From NCBI GenBank assembly GCA_030637655.1, contig DAOWGI010000023.1, positions 1-26,809 of the forward strand: 26,809 bases of DNA. Reading direction: 5' to 3'. A program made the position numbers and the translations under genes. The notes under the pieces are model-generated. The model worked only from the letters and a program-made list of their open reading frames with translations. It did not search any database and was not told the origin of the DNA. This DNA comes from a candidate division FCPU426 bacterium (lineage in GTDB: Bacteria; Oederibacteriota; JAAXVQ01; JAUVAV01). Below are positions 10,401-19,700 of this stretch, piece after piece. How positions within the stretch are numbered: the stretch's first letter is position 1; every line of letters starts with the position of its first letter.

Positions 10401-13400
10401 AACCTCTGGCCGAGTTAGAGGCTTTACTGTCGCAGTTCAGCGAAGATAGTAGTAGTAATGAATTAGCTAAAATGATTAACAGCCGGCACAAACTGGAGAT
10501 GCTGAGCCGGTTTCACAGTCTAATGAAAGAACGCCAATTGCATGCAAGTGCCCGTGCAGCCGGATATAGCCTGGATGACGAGGAGCAGTTAAAATATTTC
10601 CTGGACATAGTCAGCACGGGATCATTCAGCCAGGAAAAAGTGGGACGCGCGTTCACAGAACTGGTTCGGGGTAAACCTCGGTTGGAATACATATTGACCC
10701 TGTTGAAAACAGGAGCAGTCGAAACGGAAAACTTGACAGGTTTCATTCAGGAACATGTTTCACCCGAAACTCAAATTTTAATCGCCAAAGATTTACACTG
10801 GCTCTACAGTCAGGGTAATCCCCTGTTGGCGGATGTGCGCGGTGGCAGCCCGTCAGGCCATGATGTCAAACCGGTAATTGCGCTGCTCAACCAACTTCAT
10901 GGCAGTAACAAGCTTTTTACGTTACTCACCCTCTTTTTGGAGTCTGATAAAAAAGCCGGCCAAAGAAATAAAATTTTGGAACTGCAGTTCCAGGAGGCCA
11001 CCGCGTTTTTAGTAGGTGTGGTCAGGGCATTTATAAATAAATACCCCTTGGGGCAGGTCAGAAGAGTGCTGACCAGGCTAAGGCCTGAGCAGGTACTGGT
11101 TTACGATCAACTCAGCATTTTGGCCACGCTTTGGCAACTCGGACTGGAACCGGATTTGATCCGGAAATTGGAACAGGCCTGGCAGCTGGCAGGTTCAGAC
11201 CATCCGGACTTGGTACCCCTGGCCCGGACCACAACTAAAGCCTATTTGAAATGCCTGCAGAATCTGGAAAGTCGAATCAGCATCCCACAGGATATCCGGC
11301 AGATACTACACAATGGCGCTGTGCGATTATTAGAGTGGGAAGTCGGAAAGAAAAAAGCCGCCTGTATAGCGATAGATACAGTCGCCTGGCTGATTAAAAA
11401 AGAGGAAAAAAAGACTACGCGCTGCCAAAAGCCACCTGTTCTGACGCAAAAACCGGATAAAAATGTTATACAGGCAAAAAAAGATAAAACTGATGAGTTG
11501 CGCAGGGCTATTGTGCAGTTGTCATCCGATAAGGAAATTGCGATTGAACCAGGCAATGAACATATTTTTATGTCTGCTCTGCGGGATAAGTATTCTCTAC
11601 TCGCTATTCACCAAATCCTGTCGGCTTGCTATGCCGACTTGACACCTGATATTCCGGAAGAACTTCAAGAGATTTTCACAACCCTTAAAAAAGGCAACTG
11701 GCTCGACGAACAGGAAGTGAAGGAGGCTATACAAAAGCTGCCTAGGTTGGAGCGTAGTATAGACCAAGTATTCCGGATTCTGGTTAAAAAAATCAAGGAT
11801 CCAAACAATAAAACAGAAATCCGCTTTTTAATGGAAGAGGATGCTGATGCGATTATTGCCCGCGGCCGGCAGTTTTTCCAGGAATCGCTGGGATTGTGGT
11901 CATATTTAAATCAACTGTCCGCGCGCGGTTTGTCCCTGAACAGCTGGACGATCCGCCTGGTCTTTAAGGCAGGCATGAGTCCGGAGGAATTTAATTATTA
12001 TTTAACCCAAATGGGATGGGGCGAAACTCCACGGAATGACAACAAGCGTTTTAAAATGCATGAAATTGGGAGGATACTTGTAAAAAATCGGCCGGTAAAG
12101 GAATTTTCTGCTCTGCTTGAAAAGTTGCTTCAAGTGCCGGGCCTTAGCACCTTAAAAATCTCGTATATTTTGGGAAGTCATTTGACAAAGCAGAAAATCA
12201 AACTATATTTTATCAAGCAGACTGAAAAGGCGGCTTTGACGGTTAATGAATTACAAGCATTTATTCGCGCCAGTCGGAAGAAAAAAGAAGAGGCTCAAGA
12301 CTGGGCTTGGTTGCTGAATGCCCTGAATTTCGCAAAAGCCTTGGACGAGGAAGGGATTATCCGTGATGTTGTTGGCATGCAGGCTGAGATCCGGCGTCTG
12401 GCACCAAAAGACAAACAATTAAGTCGCGAAGTAAAAATCTCTATTATCAAATATCTCTTAAAGATGGCGTTGGAGAATACACAAGAAAAATTGGAAGATA
12501 AACATTATAACGAGATAGCCCAGCGAGTCACCCTGGAAAATATTCTAAGAAAAATACCGTTGCTGAGATTGATCTTCCATGATCCCCGTTTTATAAATTT
12601 ATCGCCGGATGTTATCATCGCCGGCTTGAAAAGCAGCAAATCCTGGGAAACGCTGCAATTGCTCCTGGAAATTTATCATAAGGAAAGCACATATGAACAA
12701 AGTTATATTATGCGATCAAATTATACTCCTGATATCATTGCACAATACTACCAACGGCTGAAAACATGCGGTCTGGGTTCTGTGATAAGATCTACGGGTT
12801 ATAATTATCAGAAACACCGGGAAGTTGCAGAGGCAATAGAAATCATAGAAGATCATCCGGATCTGGAGCCGTCTGTAAAGAACCGTTTGTTCGACGAACT
12901 GGTCCATTGTCAGTTATCATTGGAGATGTTTTTGCTTCTTATAAGCCTGGGTGAGATTGAAAAAACCGATCTGGAACACTATCTCTGCAATTATACCACA
13001 CCGGACCTGCGCAGTGAAATGATCCTGGATTTGTTATGGTATTACGAGCAGGACAATCCCCTGCTACGCCGGGGTTTGCAGCCGACGCCTTCCGGGAAAA
13101 CGCCGGGTCCAATAAAGCGTCTATTAGTCCGCTTGCACGGACGGTCAATATTATTCCAGTTTATTACCCTCTTGCTGGAAGAAGCAGCTTCCAAGGAGGA
13201 GGATACAGGAAAATTCAACCTTGAGGCCACTAGGATTAAAAACGCGCAATTCAAAACAGCCAACCAGTTGAAAATAGAGTTAACCTTGGCCTATCTTAAA
13301 GAAACAAGGCCCAATAAGCTCCGGAATCGGATGTCGCGCGTAATGCCGGAACTGGCACAATTTGTTGATCAGATCCGTCTTCAGGCTACTCTGAACAATG

Positions 13401-16400
13401 CTGGCCTGCCAACTGAGACGAGAAAAGCTTCTGAGGAGGCTTCCGGGATCATTATTTCTCCTTATCCGGAATTTTGTTCTCTGGTTGTTGACAATTCCCT
13501 GTACTTTATTAAATTACTGGTCTACCAGTCCGCATGGGTGAAAGCCTTGCCAAAGCTCCAGCAGGAATTACTGTTTAGAGCCCTAATGGCCAGGTTGCAA
13601 GCCGATAAACAAGACCAGAAGAGGAATTTTCCCGAATTGCTGAAAAATATCCGGAGTCAGCTGGAAGCAGCACCAAATACGAAGTTTAATAAGCAGGTCA
13701 AGGAGATGCTTTCTGCTCTTAGTAGTCTGGAATCTTATCCGGTTTTTGATGGAGAGGTAGGTGATCCTTATTATTACTATTTGCTCCTGAAAGCGGGTGT
13801 AGACGCGGCTGCTATTGAAGCGGCGCTCTGGATTTTCCGGGCCAAGCGGGATATGCCACTTAATTGGACAGTTGTCTCGCCCAAGATCGGGGATATAGAT
13901 ACCCGGCAGCTCCGGAAATATATTGGTTCTCTAAAAAAAGCCTGGCAGACCGACGGACGGGAGGGGGCGACGCGCTATCTGGAGACAAAACTGGAATCTG
14001 TTGATCGAGAGGCACTGGTATTGATGCTGTGGTATTTATATAATCTGAATAATATAAAAGGCGATCAATTTAACAAGAATGTCTGGCGTGAAATTATTGA
14101 ACTACAGGAAGATATGGAAGTATTGGATATTGGGCTGATATTCACTTTAATTGAATTTCTATTAGGGCCAAGGATTGCTTTGCAGGATATTGCCGCAATG
14201 AAGCAGGATGTTGTCCAATCCGTCCAGAGCAACCTTCCGGATGTTATTAAAGGGCTCAGCCGGAAGGGGTGGCAACGTGGAACCCTGCTTACGCCTAGTG
14301 AGGCAGCTGCCTGGCGGCGCCAATTTTTACAGCAGTATGACACACTTTTGACAGATAAGATTATTCATTGGTTTGGTTGGGATGCGTCGCGCGATAAGGA
14401 GATCAATAAATTTCTTAAGCGTGTTTCCCGGCATATAGGTTGGGAGAAACCGGCAGTCCTGGCGCAGTTGAAAAGATTGATGCCTTGGGAGCAGGATGAA
14501 AAAGGGATTATCAGGAAAATGCTGGCAATGCTGCCGGATGACCACTTCCGTGAGTTTGCCGAAGAAGACCGGGAATTGATTGCCAGCCAAGGTTGGCAGG
14601 TTTTTGTTACCCGTTGGAAGATTTGGAAATTAGCATACGAGGAAAATCCTACTACCGGGGAATATCCCAGTAAGGATCTGCTGGTATCAATACTGCTATC
14701 GCGCAAAACCGTGCTCCAAATAAAGAAGCTGCTGAATATTTATCAAATGTTGGAATATCTGGTCCATTCTGAATCATTAAGCAGGGATGATTGGCAGAAT
14801 TTAATCAGGAAAAAACATCCTGATGAGAGCCGGGCAGCTATGGAATTAATGCTTAAGACCATCGGCAAAATGCCGCGTAAAAACTGGAGCCAGGAAGTGA
14901 TCCAAGCAGGACTCAAGCGCTTGGATTTAGACCGCATTGTTGAGAGTTACACTTTACGTTGTGCATTCAATGAGTTAGAGGGATTAAAAAAACCAGAAAC
15001 ACCCGCCCAACTGGTTATTAACTCAGTCACCCAGCTGGTTGAAAATAAAAAGGGAAAGACTATGCGTCGTCGGGTCCACATTTCCGGACAGGAAGGCTTT
15101 TTACTTGTGCGCTTGATGGGGTATATTGCGGCGTTTTTTGTGGGCGCCTTGGGTGCCCGTGGCTGGCTGCCCAATGGTGACTGGCAAACAGTCTCGCTCT
15201 TGGGAGCGGGCAACGGCTTGGCACTGATTGTAATTTACGCGGTCTGGTTAAAGTATAGAAGCCGGTTTTCCGGCCGGATGCTGAAAAAATGGGTTGTCCG
15301 GCAAATAGAGAGAATACACGACTTTGGCGCTGGGCCGCAAGGATTTGTTTTAAAAGGACTATCCCGAATAGTTAGGACTTTACGCGTCACTAGGAGGCAA
15401 CTGGACCAAAATGACGCGCTGCCGGACACTGCGCCGGGCCCGGAGCTGGAACAACCGGACCTATTGCCCCTGGATTCAGTGCTAAATCGTTCCTGGCTTG
15501 ATTCAAAACCGGTTATTATTAAACTGCTCCAATTTTTATTCACGCCCCAATTGCAGCTCAAAGCGCGGTTTAGAGGCTTCCGTCTTTTGCACGGGGTAGT
15601 TTTTCAGGTGTTTAAGCTTGTTGCTCTGGCGTATGTTGGCATACGTCCAACGCGGGCTGATTCGAAAAAACCAATGAGCAGAAAATTATCATTAAGAGAG
15701 AGGCAGGTTATCTGGACTGATATCCCAACTGCCAGAAAATCAAATCCTGATATTTTCCGGGTGCTGCCCTTATCGCGCCGGCACAAGAGCTTCTTTAAAA
15801 ATCTGCTTTTTGGCAAGGTTTTTGGTGATTATGGAATTCCCGATCAAGACGGTCCATATACGATTGATATTTATCTGCCGGATCAATTATTCTTTGCCGC
15901 CCAGGCCGGTCCGGTCAATCAGTTGTTGTCGGATCTCGCGCTCTGGCGTCAGATTTCAGAATATCAGCAGGCAATCGGACAGTTGAACAATACAATAAGC
16001 GCGACGATTACCCGGTCGCGATTAACGGAACAATTATTAAGCTCGCAGCAAGAGATTACGAAGGCACATGCGGCTTACCTTCGGTTCGCCCGCCGAATGA
16101 ATCAAACCCAGGCCGAAGCATTGCTGGGGGAGATGATCGCGGTGCTTAAACAACAACACCTTGATCTTGCGCAAATACCGGCGAATACGGATGGAGCCGT
16201 GCTCCTGCGGAATAAATTGGTGGATTCGCTTGCGACCTTTAATGAACTTATGCGGATTATGCCTGAATTCAAGAGTCAGCCCATCAAACTCACAGGCAAG
16301 ATATTAGCCAACAACACTGATACCATCTGGATGCCGACAATCGGCAGAATGCGGTGGCTGGGTGCTTACCTGGATATGCTTGAGTATATCGGCATTGTTT

Positions 16401-16465
16401 TTGATCGTCGCAAACTGAAAGAAAGGCGGAAAAGGCCATTGCGGCTTAATATTAACGCTGCGTGA
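4493..16465 (+). CDS. Giant multidomain protein 1 (3990 aa): signal/TM + IQDxH..GGYH domain, helical region, SidJ-like pseudokinase domain, ~750-aa repeats, TM hairpin, conserved C-tail
   Basis: Uninterrupted 11,973-bp ORF; AGGGGT RBS-like sequence at 4481-4486; own promoter; N- and C-terminal similarity to the next gene. Confidence 0.92.
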   Translation: MIVFWQVLSKKIALQGITSIMAWRAAQRKTGLKVLAITLALTFVLPFLTWAFDPANFQIGLQSVLFDNHQVWVPKKIGTVQHTYQDGDRLVIHIQDLHCNYEVQMNIARILQRLTEKHGLRLISVEGTSLPISTAQIRTFPIKKIRQEVSDYFVRQGKLSGAEYYAATGEHTVLLEGVENARLYARNKKSVEFILKDEGQGYCFDLRDLLDSLKPGIYSPVLMKYDQQCRMYREGRVGVRQHSRFLKKIAKQLKIPFSSFSNLTAYLVSPHKLFPLHVDADQLFREIDLLDHLIRERFYTQNQEQELDQHLHRLDIIEKLLNISANSEELSEFRGHREAFRIPAFVRFIREQDKSGELEVDSGIYLLDEYLNAAEDFYEVADARSRHLADNTLKRMAKHDETLAVLVTGGYHTEHILAALKTSGVSYLSIKPRLTKQDLVNPYFSLLKNRPTPLEKLLSQDQKIFTLEPYLPTIANPDRIPKVEELPEKNLRFARLVEFFLFTKDVARNFMRTKVIAEIQNQVTKTLSGRFWQSLIKAGAFRVHPNRVLSFTLTASNKKNMLVVVWPHKGRLPLNEKILLEKAEFPDENIAVVGPENIAQVQAKLDAMSSWSLADLNLRQTVALYLAWRFLPRLLAGARILTNLMAGIPERIRILGERIAAWTKEYLPQVEWVQLAGMPGSRLIVQRPWLASVMENQGSDTGKIGTDRLEDIRFRLDDQSESGLKIVITQGVNSHSDLKRLCSRINDLLERIPEIAPEEKDRLAQVLSELKIPKTAVSAMHEFIKLRHIDAENIIPVLIIVADYLRALPEAGKNTGLEHLRTVVTHRQISRDDFFAALQATTLLLAKCPEQETRDLLSMIDDTLHFTKYFKHKALDIFWFLALVGDTSCSENLLLNLHALRPILTSANKMVLQGFPLHEILPKLLAAVRPEATAAALRSLEPLFVSLATWSELSETDSEYQTWQTVLRQLPDLYGKLSENSGTALQEVIALVILRTQLDIIKSDAMKPETVLQTIAAILEIYQQNPINPHLALLESQKPFLTAFDFKDGGRAANKVGRIIRYLFESVPDLKAAVIPGFPEPAGNIRPKQLPRLTWDELIRQAGMDPAEEYKVEILGRKIVFQEKFADRLGCKLIIKILKAGETNHRLQDEAAVLAWMAENNTDYRDIAPLESSAESEQKPEYRFRFNFKQCAFKAAMQSGLIEADRQSKKMTGKSLAIDEQNYLAIAYVDRSGTRFEQNLGSPTVAKWEKLHTSLLKLMGQLGTLARKELAHTSLANIFHITHHPRRAVFYISQCLNPIFRYSLGRQTAWKPAGWALNVSPEGMLRDLKYLTPISELGRIFESYKNGDWSSIIFQHSQHPNNVRLFEILGRYPFVLMLALGAWLDDNQWQNVNWQKDETLDDLARTLEQGFQRFLINWQSEEVSPDIHEMQQLIDWKAYARQMAVWMSQAHVKLLQEPKHFGQDRRLEKFPGQALYGLGPEAITFDVYNSEGWDPEQGVIGSKSEIPFARNVPALGLVHGDFPIQEFLSVMLPIGLNIAHLALEQKYVKAVTKTDAESSTLIKTSLPVPVDAELEPQVNRCELEILAIAQEQGEVPGLHNERDYYQKFLGQYPLVVVEQALQRIRDKQPLNLSPKIQQVLSELSKTKWIDSTKVEIKIRALSRIERSESACFEIILRSIPDKYPKNKRKPKERLFANSEIGELNRKGLSAFVERLDLWAYLNELAETDYFLTSRAIMLIFINNIQQKELEDYIRIFCDNETGPHGIAVLAGRAAERVLGKHRPLDETRRLLAQLRQIPKITMSAVSNIVGSRLTEAEIEKYFIKQPQIAAGSLAQVERAIKEVMNSRREEETRSLKDRSRIFINSLHDLKILDGPTTWKKVERLLRAKQLPHKKPDQGKGFEAEVILKVMHGIQACQGERLTKKQIEFISGRTTLVRLREKQKLIRAFYTDHQYAELSGEVLVNLLLSPQPLAELEALLSQFSEDSSSNELAKMINSRHKLEMLSRFHSLMKERQLHASARAAGYSLDDEEQLKYFLDIVSTGSFSQEKVGRAFTELVRGKPRLEYILTLLKTGAVETENLTGFIQEHVSPETQILIAKDLHWLYSQGNPLLADVRGGSPSGHDVKPVIALLNQLHGSNKLFTLLTLFLESDKKAGQRNKILELQFQEATAFLVGVVRAFINKYPLGQVRRVLTRLRPEQVLVYDQLSILATLWQLGLEPDLIRKLEQAWQLAGSDHPDLVPLARTTTKAYLKCLQNLESRISIPQDIRQILHNGAVRLLEWEVGKKKAACIAIDTVAWLIKKEEKKTTRCQKPPVLTQKPDKNVIQAKKDKTDELRRAIVQLSSDKEIAIEPGNEHIFMSALRDKYSLLAIHQILSACYADLTPDIPEELQEIFTTLKKGNWLDEQEVKEAIQKLPRLERSIDQVFRILVKKIKDPNNKTEIRFLMEEDADAIIARGRQFFQESLGLWSYLNQLSARGLSLNSWTIRLVFKAGMSPEEFNYYLTQMGWGETPRNDNKRFKMHEIGRILVKNRPVKEFSALLEKLLQVPGLSTLKISYILGSHLTKQKIKLYFIKQTEKAALTVNELQAFIRASRKKKEEAQDWAWLLNALNFAKALDEEGIIRDVVGMQAEIRRLAPKDKQLSREVKISIIKYLLKMALENTQEKLEDKHYNEIAQRVTLENILRKIPLLRLIFHDPRFINLSPDVIIAGLKSSKSWETLQLLLEIYHKESTYEQSYIMRSNYTPDIIAQYYQRLKTCGLGSVIRSTGYNYQKHREVAEAIEIIEDHPDLEPSVKNRLFDELVHCQLSLEMFLLLISLGEIEKTDLEHYLCNYTTPDLRSEMILDLLWYYEQDNPLLRRGLQPTPSGKTPGPIKRLLVRLHGRSILFQFITLLLEEAASKEEDTGKFNLEATRIKNAQFKTANQLKIELTLAYLKETRPNKLRNRMSRVMPELAQFVDQIRLQATLNNAGLPTETRKASEEASGIIISPYPEFCSLVVDNSLYFIKLLVYQSAWVKALPKLQQELLFRALMARLQADKQDQKRNFPELLKNIRSQLEAAPNTKFNKQVKEMLSALSSLESYPVFDGEVGDPYYYYLLLKAGVDAAAIEAALWIFRAKRDMPLNWTVVSPKIGDIDTRQLRKYIGSLKKAWQTDGREGATRYLETKLESVDREALVLMLWYLYNLNNIKGDQFNKNVWREIIELQEDMEVLDIGLIFTLIEFLLGPRIALQDIAAMKQDVVQSVQSNLPDVIKGLSRKGWQRGTLLTPSEAAAWRRQFLQQYDTLLTDKIIHWFGWDASRDKEINKFLKRVSRHIGWEKPAVLAQLKRLMPWEQDEKGIIRKMLAMLPDDHFREFAEEDRELIASQGWQVFVTRWKIWKLAYEENPTTGEYPSKDLLVSILLSRKTVLQIKKLLNIYQMLEYLVHSESLSRDDWQNLIRKKHPDESRAAMELMLKTIGKMPRKNWSQEVIQAGLKRLDLDRIVESYTLRCAFNELEGLKKPETPAQLVINSVTQLVENKKGKTMRRRVHISGQEGFLLVRLMGYIAAFFVGALGARGWLPNGDWQTVSLLGAGNGLALIVIYAVWLKYRSRFSGRMLKKWVVRQIERIHDFGAGPQGFVLKGLSRIVRTLRVTRRQLDQNDALPDTAPGPELEQPDLLPLDSVLNRSWLDSKPVIIKLLQFLFTPQLQLKARFRGFRLLHGVVFQVFKLVALAYVGIRPTRADSKKPMSRKLSLRERQVIWTDIPTARKSNPDIFRVLPLSRRHKSFFKNLLFGKVFGDYGIPDQDGPYTIDIYLPDQLFFAAQAGPVNQLLSDLALWRQISEYQQAIGQLNNTISATITRSRLTEQLLSSQQEITKAHAAYLRFARRMNQTQAEALLGEMIAVLKQQHLDLAQIPANTDGAVLLRNKLVDSLATFNELMRIMPEFKSQPIKLTGKILANNTDTIWMPTIGRMRWLGAYLDMLEYIGIVFDRRKLKERRKRPLRLNINAA
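4580..5885 (+). other. Conserved N-terminal module of giant 1 (possible ChaN/EreA/TraB-TIKI-like fold)
   Basis: KVLAITLALTFVLPFLTWAF, IHIQDLHCNYEVQ, VEG, GKLSGAEY, EGVE, RS, VTGGYHTE, NPYFSLL; colinear with giant 2. Confidence 0.75.
7800..9125 (+). other. SidJ-like pseudokinase domain within giant 1
   Basis: Ordered motifs LGRKIVF, IIKILKAGE, LQDE, LANIFH, LGRQTAW, NVSPEGMLRDL, IDWKAYARQMAVWM and LGLVHGDFPIQE parallel Legionella SidJ motifs as I recall them. Confidence 0.75.
9230..14760 (+). repeat. Intragenic long diverged protein repeat: two full ~750-aa copies plus a partial third
   Basis: Paired motifs LWAYLNEL/LWSYLNQL, YFIKQ/YFIKQ (9953 vs 12206, offset 2253 nt), DLHWLYSQGNPLL/DLLWYYEQDNPLL, LHG..LF. 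The third copy has FLQQY versus FLGQY. Confidence 0.85.
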
Positions 16466-16546
16466 ATCTTCCCGGGCTTGCCCGTGGGGATCCATATTTT
16501 GCTAAAATGGAACATCATCACTTCGCCGCAACACAAATTGCGAAAT

Positions 16547-16575
16547 TTGACATAACCCTCAAAAGAGGATATATA
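16547..16575 (+). promoter_or_regulatory. sigma70-type promoter of giant gene 2
   Basis: TTGACA (16547-16552), 17 bp spacer, TATATA (16570-16575) inside an (AT)6 tract. Confidence 0.55.
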
Positions 16576-16731
16576 TATATTATAGGTTCTATAAATAAAA
16601 CATTATATTTTGATGATTATTCCCACAAAACTATTTTGCCTACAAACAATTCTAAAGTTTTTCCATACCAACGACGATAATTAAAAATTAACGACATTTT
16701 AGACATCTTGCCGGGGAATAAGGAAGGTATT

Positions 16732-19700
16732 ATGGATACGGTTTTTCGACGTCCTATTTTCCTCGCAAATCGGCATAAACCCTGGATAAAGGTTGTTGCA
16801 TTTTTACTTATGCTAACCTTTATTTTTCCTGGCCTCACCTGGACTTTTGCTGAAACATCTTTTCAACCGGAAACGCCGCCTATTTGTATTAATCAGCAAA
16901 TTGTTGAAATCCCGGAAAAATTAGGAAAAATCATAAAATCCTTTCAGGGCAATAAAAAATTAATAATTCATATACAGGATCAGCACTGTAACTACGAGGT
17001 GCAGAAAAATATAGCCGGCCTGATTGACTACCTGGCCGGGAAACACGGACTGGAGTTGGTGGGTGTAGAAGGCGCCGGCTTGCCTGTAAATGTGACCAAA
17101 CTCTCAACTTTTCCGGTGGAAAGTGTAAAAAAAGAAGTGGGTGATTATTTTGTAAAACTGGGAAAGATATCAGGCCCTGAATTTTACGCGGCTACCGGAC
17201 GTTATCCGGTTTGTCTGCAAGGAGTGGAAACCGCTAAACATTATGCGGCAAACCGCGAATGTGTACAGCGGTTTTTAAATGCTGAGAGCCAGGGATATGT
17301 GTATGACTTGCGCTATGCCTTGGATGAGATCAAGCAAAATATTTACGATTCCCGTTTGATAAGATTTGCCGCTCACAAGACCGCTTTTCAGACAGGAGAG
17401 CTGTCGTTATTAAAGTATGCGCGATATTTGCACAAGTATGCCGGGCGGCAAGGTTTGGCTTTAAGCGCTTATCCGCAAGTGCGCTGCTATATATCCAAGC
17501 AGATGGAAATATTACCCCAGGAGGTTGATTCAGACCAACTGTTGGATGAGTTGGATAGATTGGAGATTTGGCTGCGCACAAGTCTATACACCACCACAGA
17601 ACAACAGCAAATGGATGAGCTGCTGCGTTGTCTGGAAATCATAGAGAAGCTGCTGAATATTTCCGTGCGTCCGGAAGAATTAGCTGAGTATCGCGCTTAT
17701 CCTGAAAAATATCAGATTGAACATTTCGTGAAATTTATTTCCCGATATAGTGAGGACCAGGAGTATTATCTGGATCAGGAAATATACACGCTTAATCATT
17801 ATTTGGAGCAGGCAAAAGATTTTTATGCCATGGCTGACCAACGAAGTTTGGATTTTGTGGAAAATCTTGAAAAGCGCATGGAAGAGCAGGGAACCGGACA
17901 AGCCATTCTGGTTACAGGCGGATATCATACTGAAATAATTACCCATGAGTTACGCCGGCGCGGAATCAGCTTTATATCAGTAAGGCCGGTATTACGGCAG
18001 TTGGATAACGCAAATCCATATTTTTCACTGTTGCGAAATCGCCGGACATCCCTGGAGAAGATGCTGGCGTGGAATCAGAAGTACCTGTCATTGGGCATGT
18101 ATTTTATGGAGTGGATTGATGACCAGGTGGTCTTAAAGGAGAAGCAACTGCCTCCGGCTATCAGGCTGGATTACAAAATTCTGCAAATGACCCTGATTTT
18201 GTGGTGGTTAAAGAAACAGGTTGCCAAAGGCGAACTGACCGAGGCTGAATTCCAAGGTGTTCAGGAATATTTTATGGCCCATTACCCGGCTTTTAGTCAG
18301 GAAAACGGGGCATTGAACTTAAATAATATTAAGGCGTTTAAAGATACGATTCTCGTAGCACTGGCAGGTAGAGAGAATTGCGCTGCTATATATCCGCAAG
18401 ATCTGGGCAAACGCGTTCCCTCAGGTTTGATTTCTTCTCTTCCCATCAAGGGCTATGAGATTGGGTTTTACGCTAACCAACAAAAGCCCAAGCTGGAGGC
18501 TGCCTTCAGCGCAGGCCAAGCAGCCGGATCAGAAGACAGAGTGCTGGAATTGATCACAGCCCATATGCTGCCCTGGAGTCCGCTGATGCGGCCAGGGGTA
18601 CGAGCAGTGCTTCCGGTTATAAAGCGGTCCTGGGAGCAGGGCCGGATATGGGTAATGCAAAAATTCCAACAATTGCAAGAAACCGTTATTACCGGTCTCA
18701 GGGCCTGGCGTATGCAGCTGAAGCAAGCCGGCTTAGCCCTGGGAACAATTGATCTGAAAATCAGTGATATTAAAACATGGTCGGTCTTATTACGCGGCAT
18801 ATGGCGCAGGAATTCTTCACTGATATTTTATTTTCTGCCGTATGCCCCTATTATTGCTTATAGTTTATTATTAGCGAATGGCAATAATCCTGATATTCTT
18901 GCCGTTGGCATTCTATATAGTCCTAAAATTAAATTAAAGGAACAGTCTCCGGACAGGCCAAATACTACAGAAGCCTGGCAAGCTTTTTTCAATGACCTGG
19001 AGTCGGCCGGTGACAATCAAATAGTTAAGATCCTAAAAAGCATAAAAACACAGTATTTTGTTCAAATCTCTGAATTTATCCGGACCTCAGCACGCGAACG
19101 GCCCCAGGATTTGGAGCTGATTAAGCGTGTTCAACAAAAAATTACCAAATTTAAAACAACATCCGACTACACAGATTTCTTGGGCAGTAATATTACAGTA
19201 CCTACGTCGGAAAAAGTGGCAGTGGAAAACGCCCGGGTTTTTTCGAGCTATTTAGACGGCATATTGATGGTTGTGGATAAAATTATTCCAGTGCCGGAAA
19301 AAAATCAGGTTATTATAACCAATCTGAGCAGCATTGACGCCATTATTACGGATGACCGCTTTCGTAGCCAGCTCAACCTGCTGGAAGAAGCAGTAACCGC
19401 TTTTTTTAATATCATTAGCGATATCGACGTAGAGCTGGTAAAGGCTCACGCGCCTTATGCAAAGAGCATGGCTTTGGCGGATTTTCTCTTCGCGTACTGG
19501 GCATTTGGCAAAGATAAGAAAACTTTAAATTTGCTGATTAAAAATATTTACAATTGTGAAAGTTTTTCCGTACAAGAGCGCATGGCAATAAATAAATTTA
19601 TTATGTCTTTAGAGCAGAGTAAAATAAAGATTTCAGCGCGCCACGCCGGTTTTCCAGAAATTGCTGAGGCGGCGGAGGTTAAAGCGATTACCCCCAGGCG

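Noticed and set aside
16462-16838. Small ORFs between the giants (16462..16680 + and 16617..16838 -) as possible immunity genes
   Set aside because: They overlap the predicted promoter, AT tract or start of giant 2, lack a good RBS and have non-protein-like composition.
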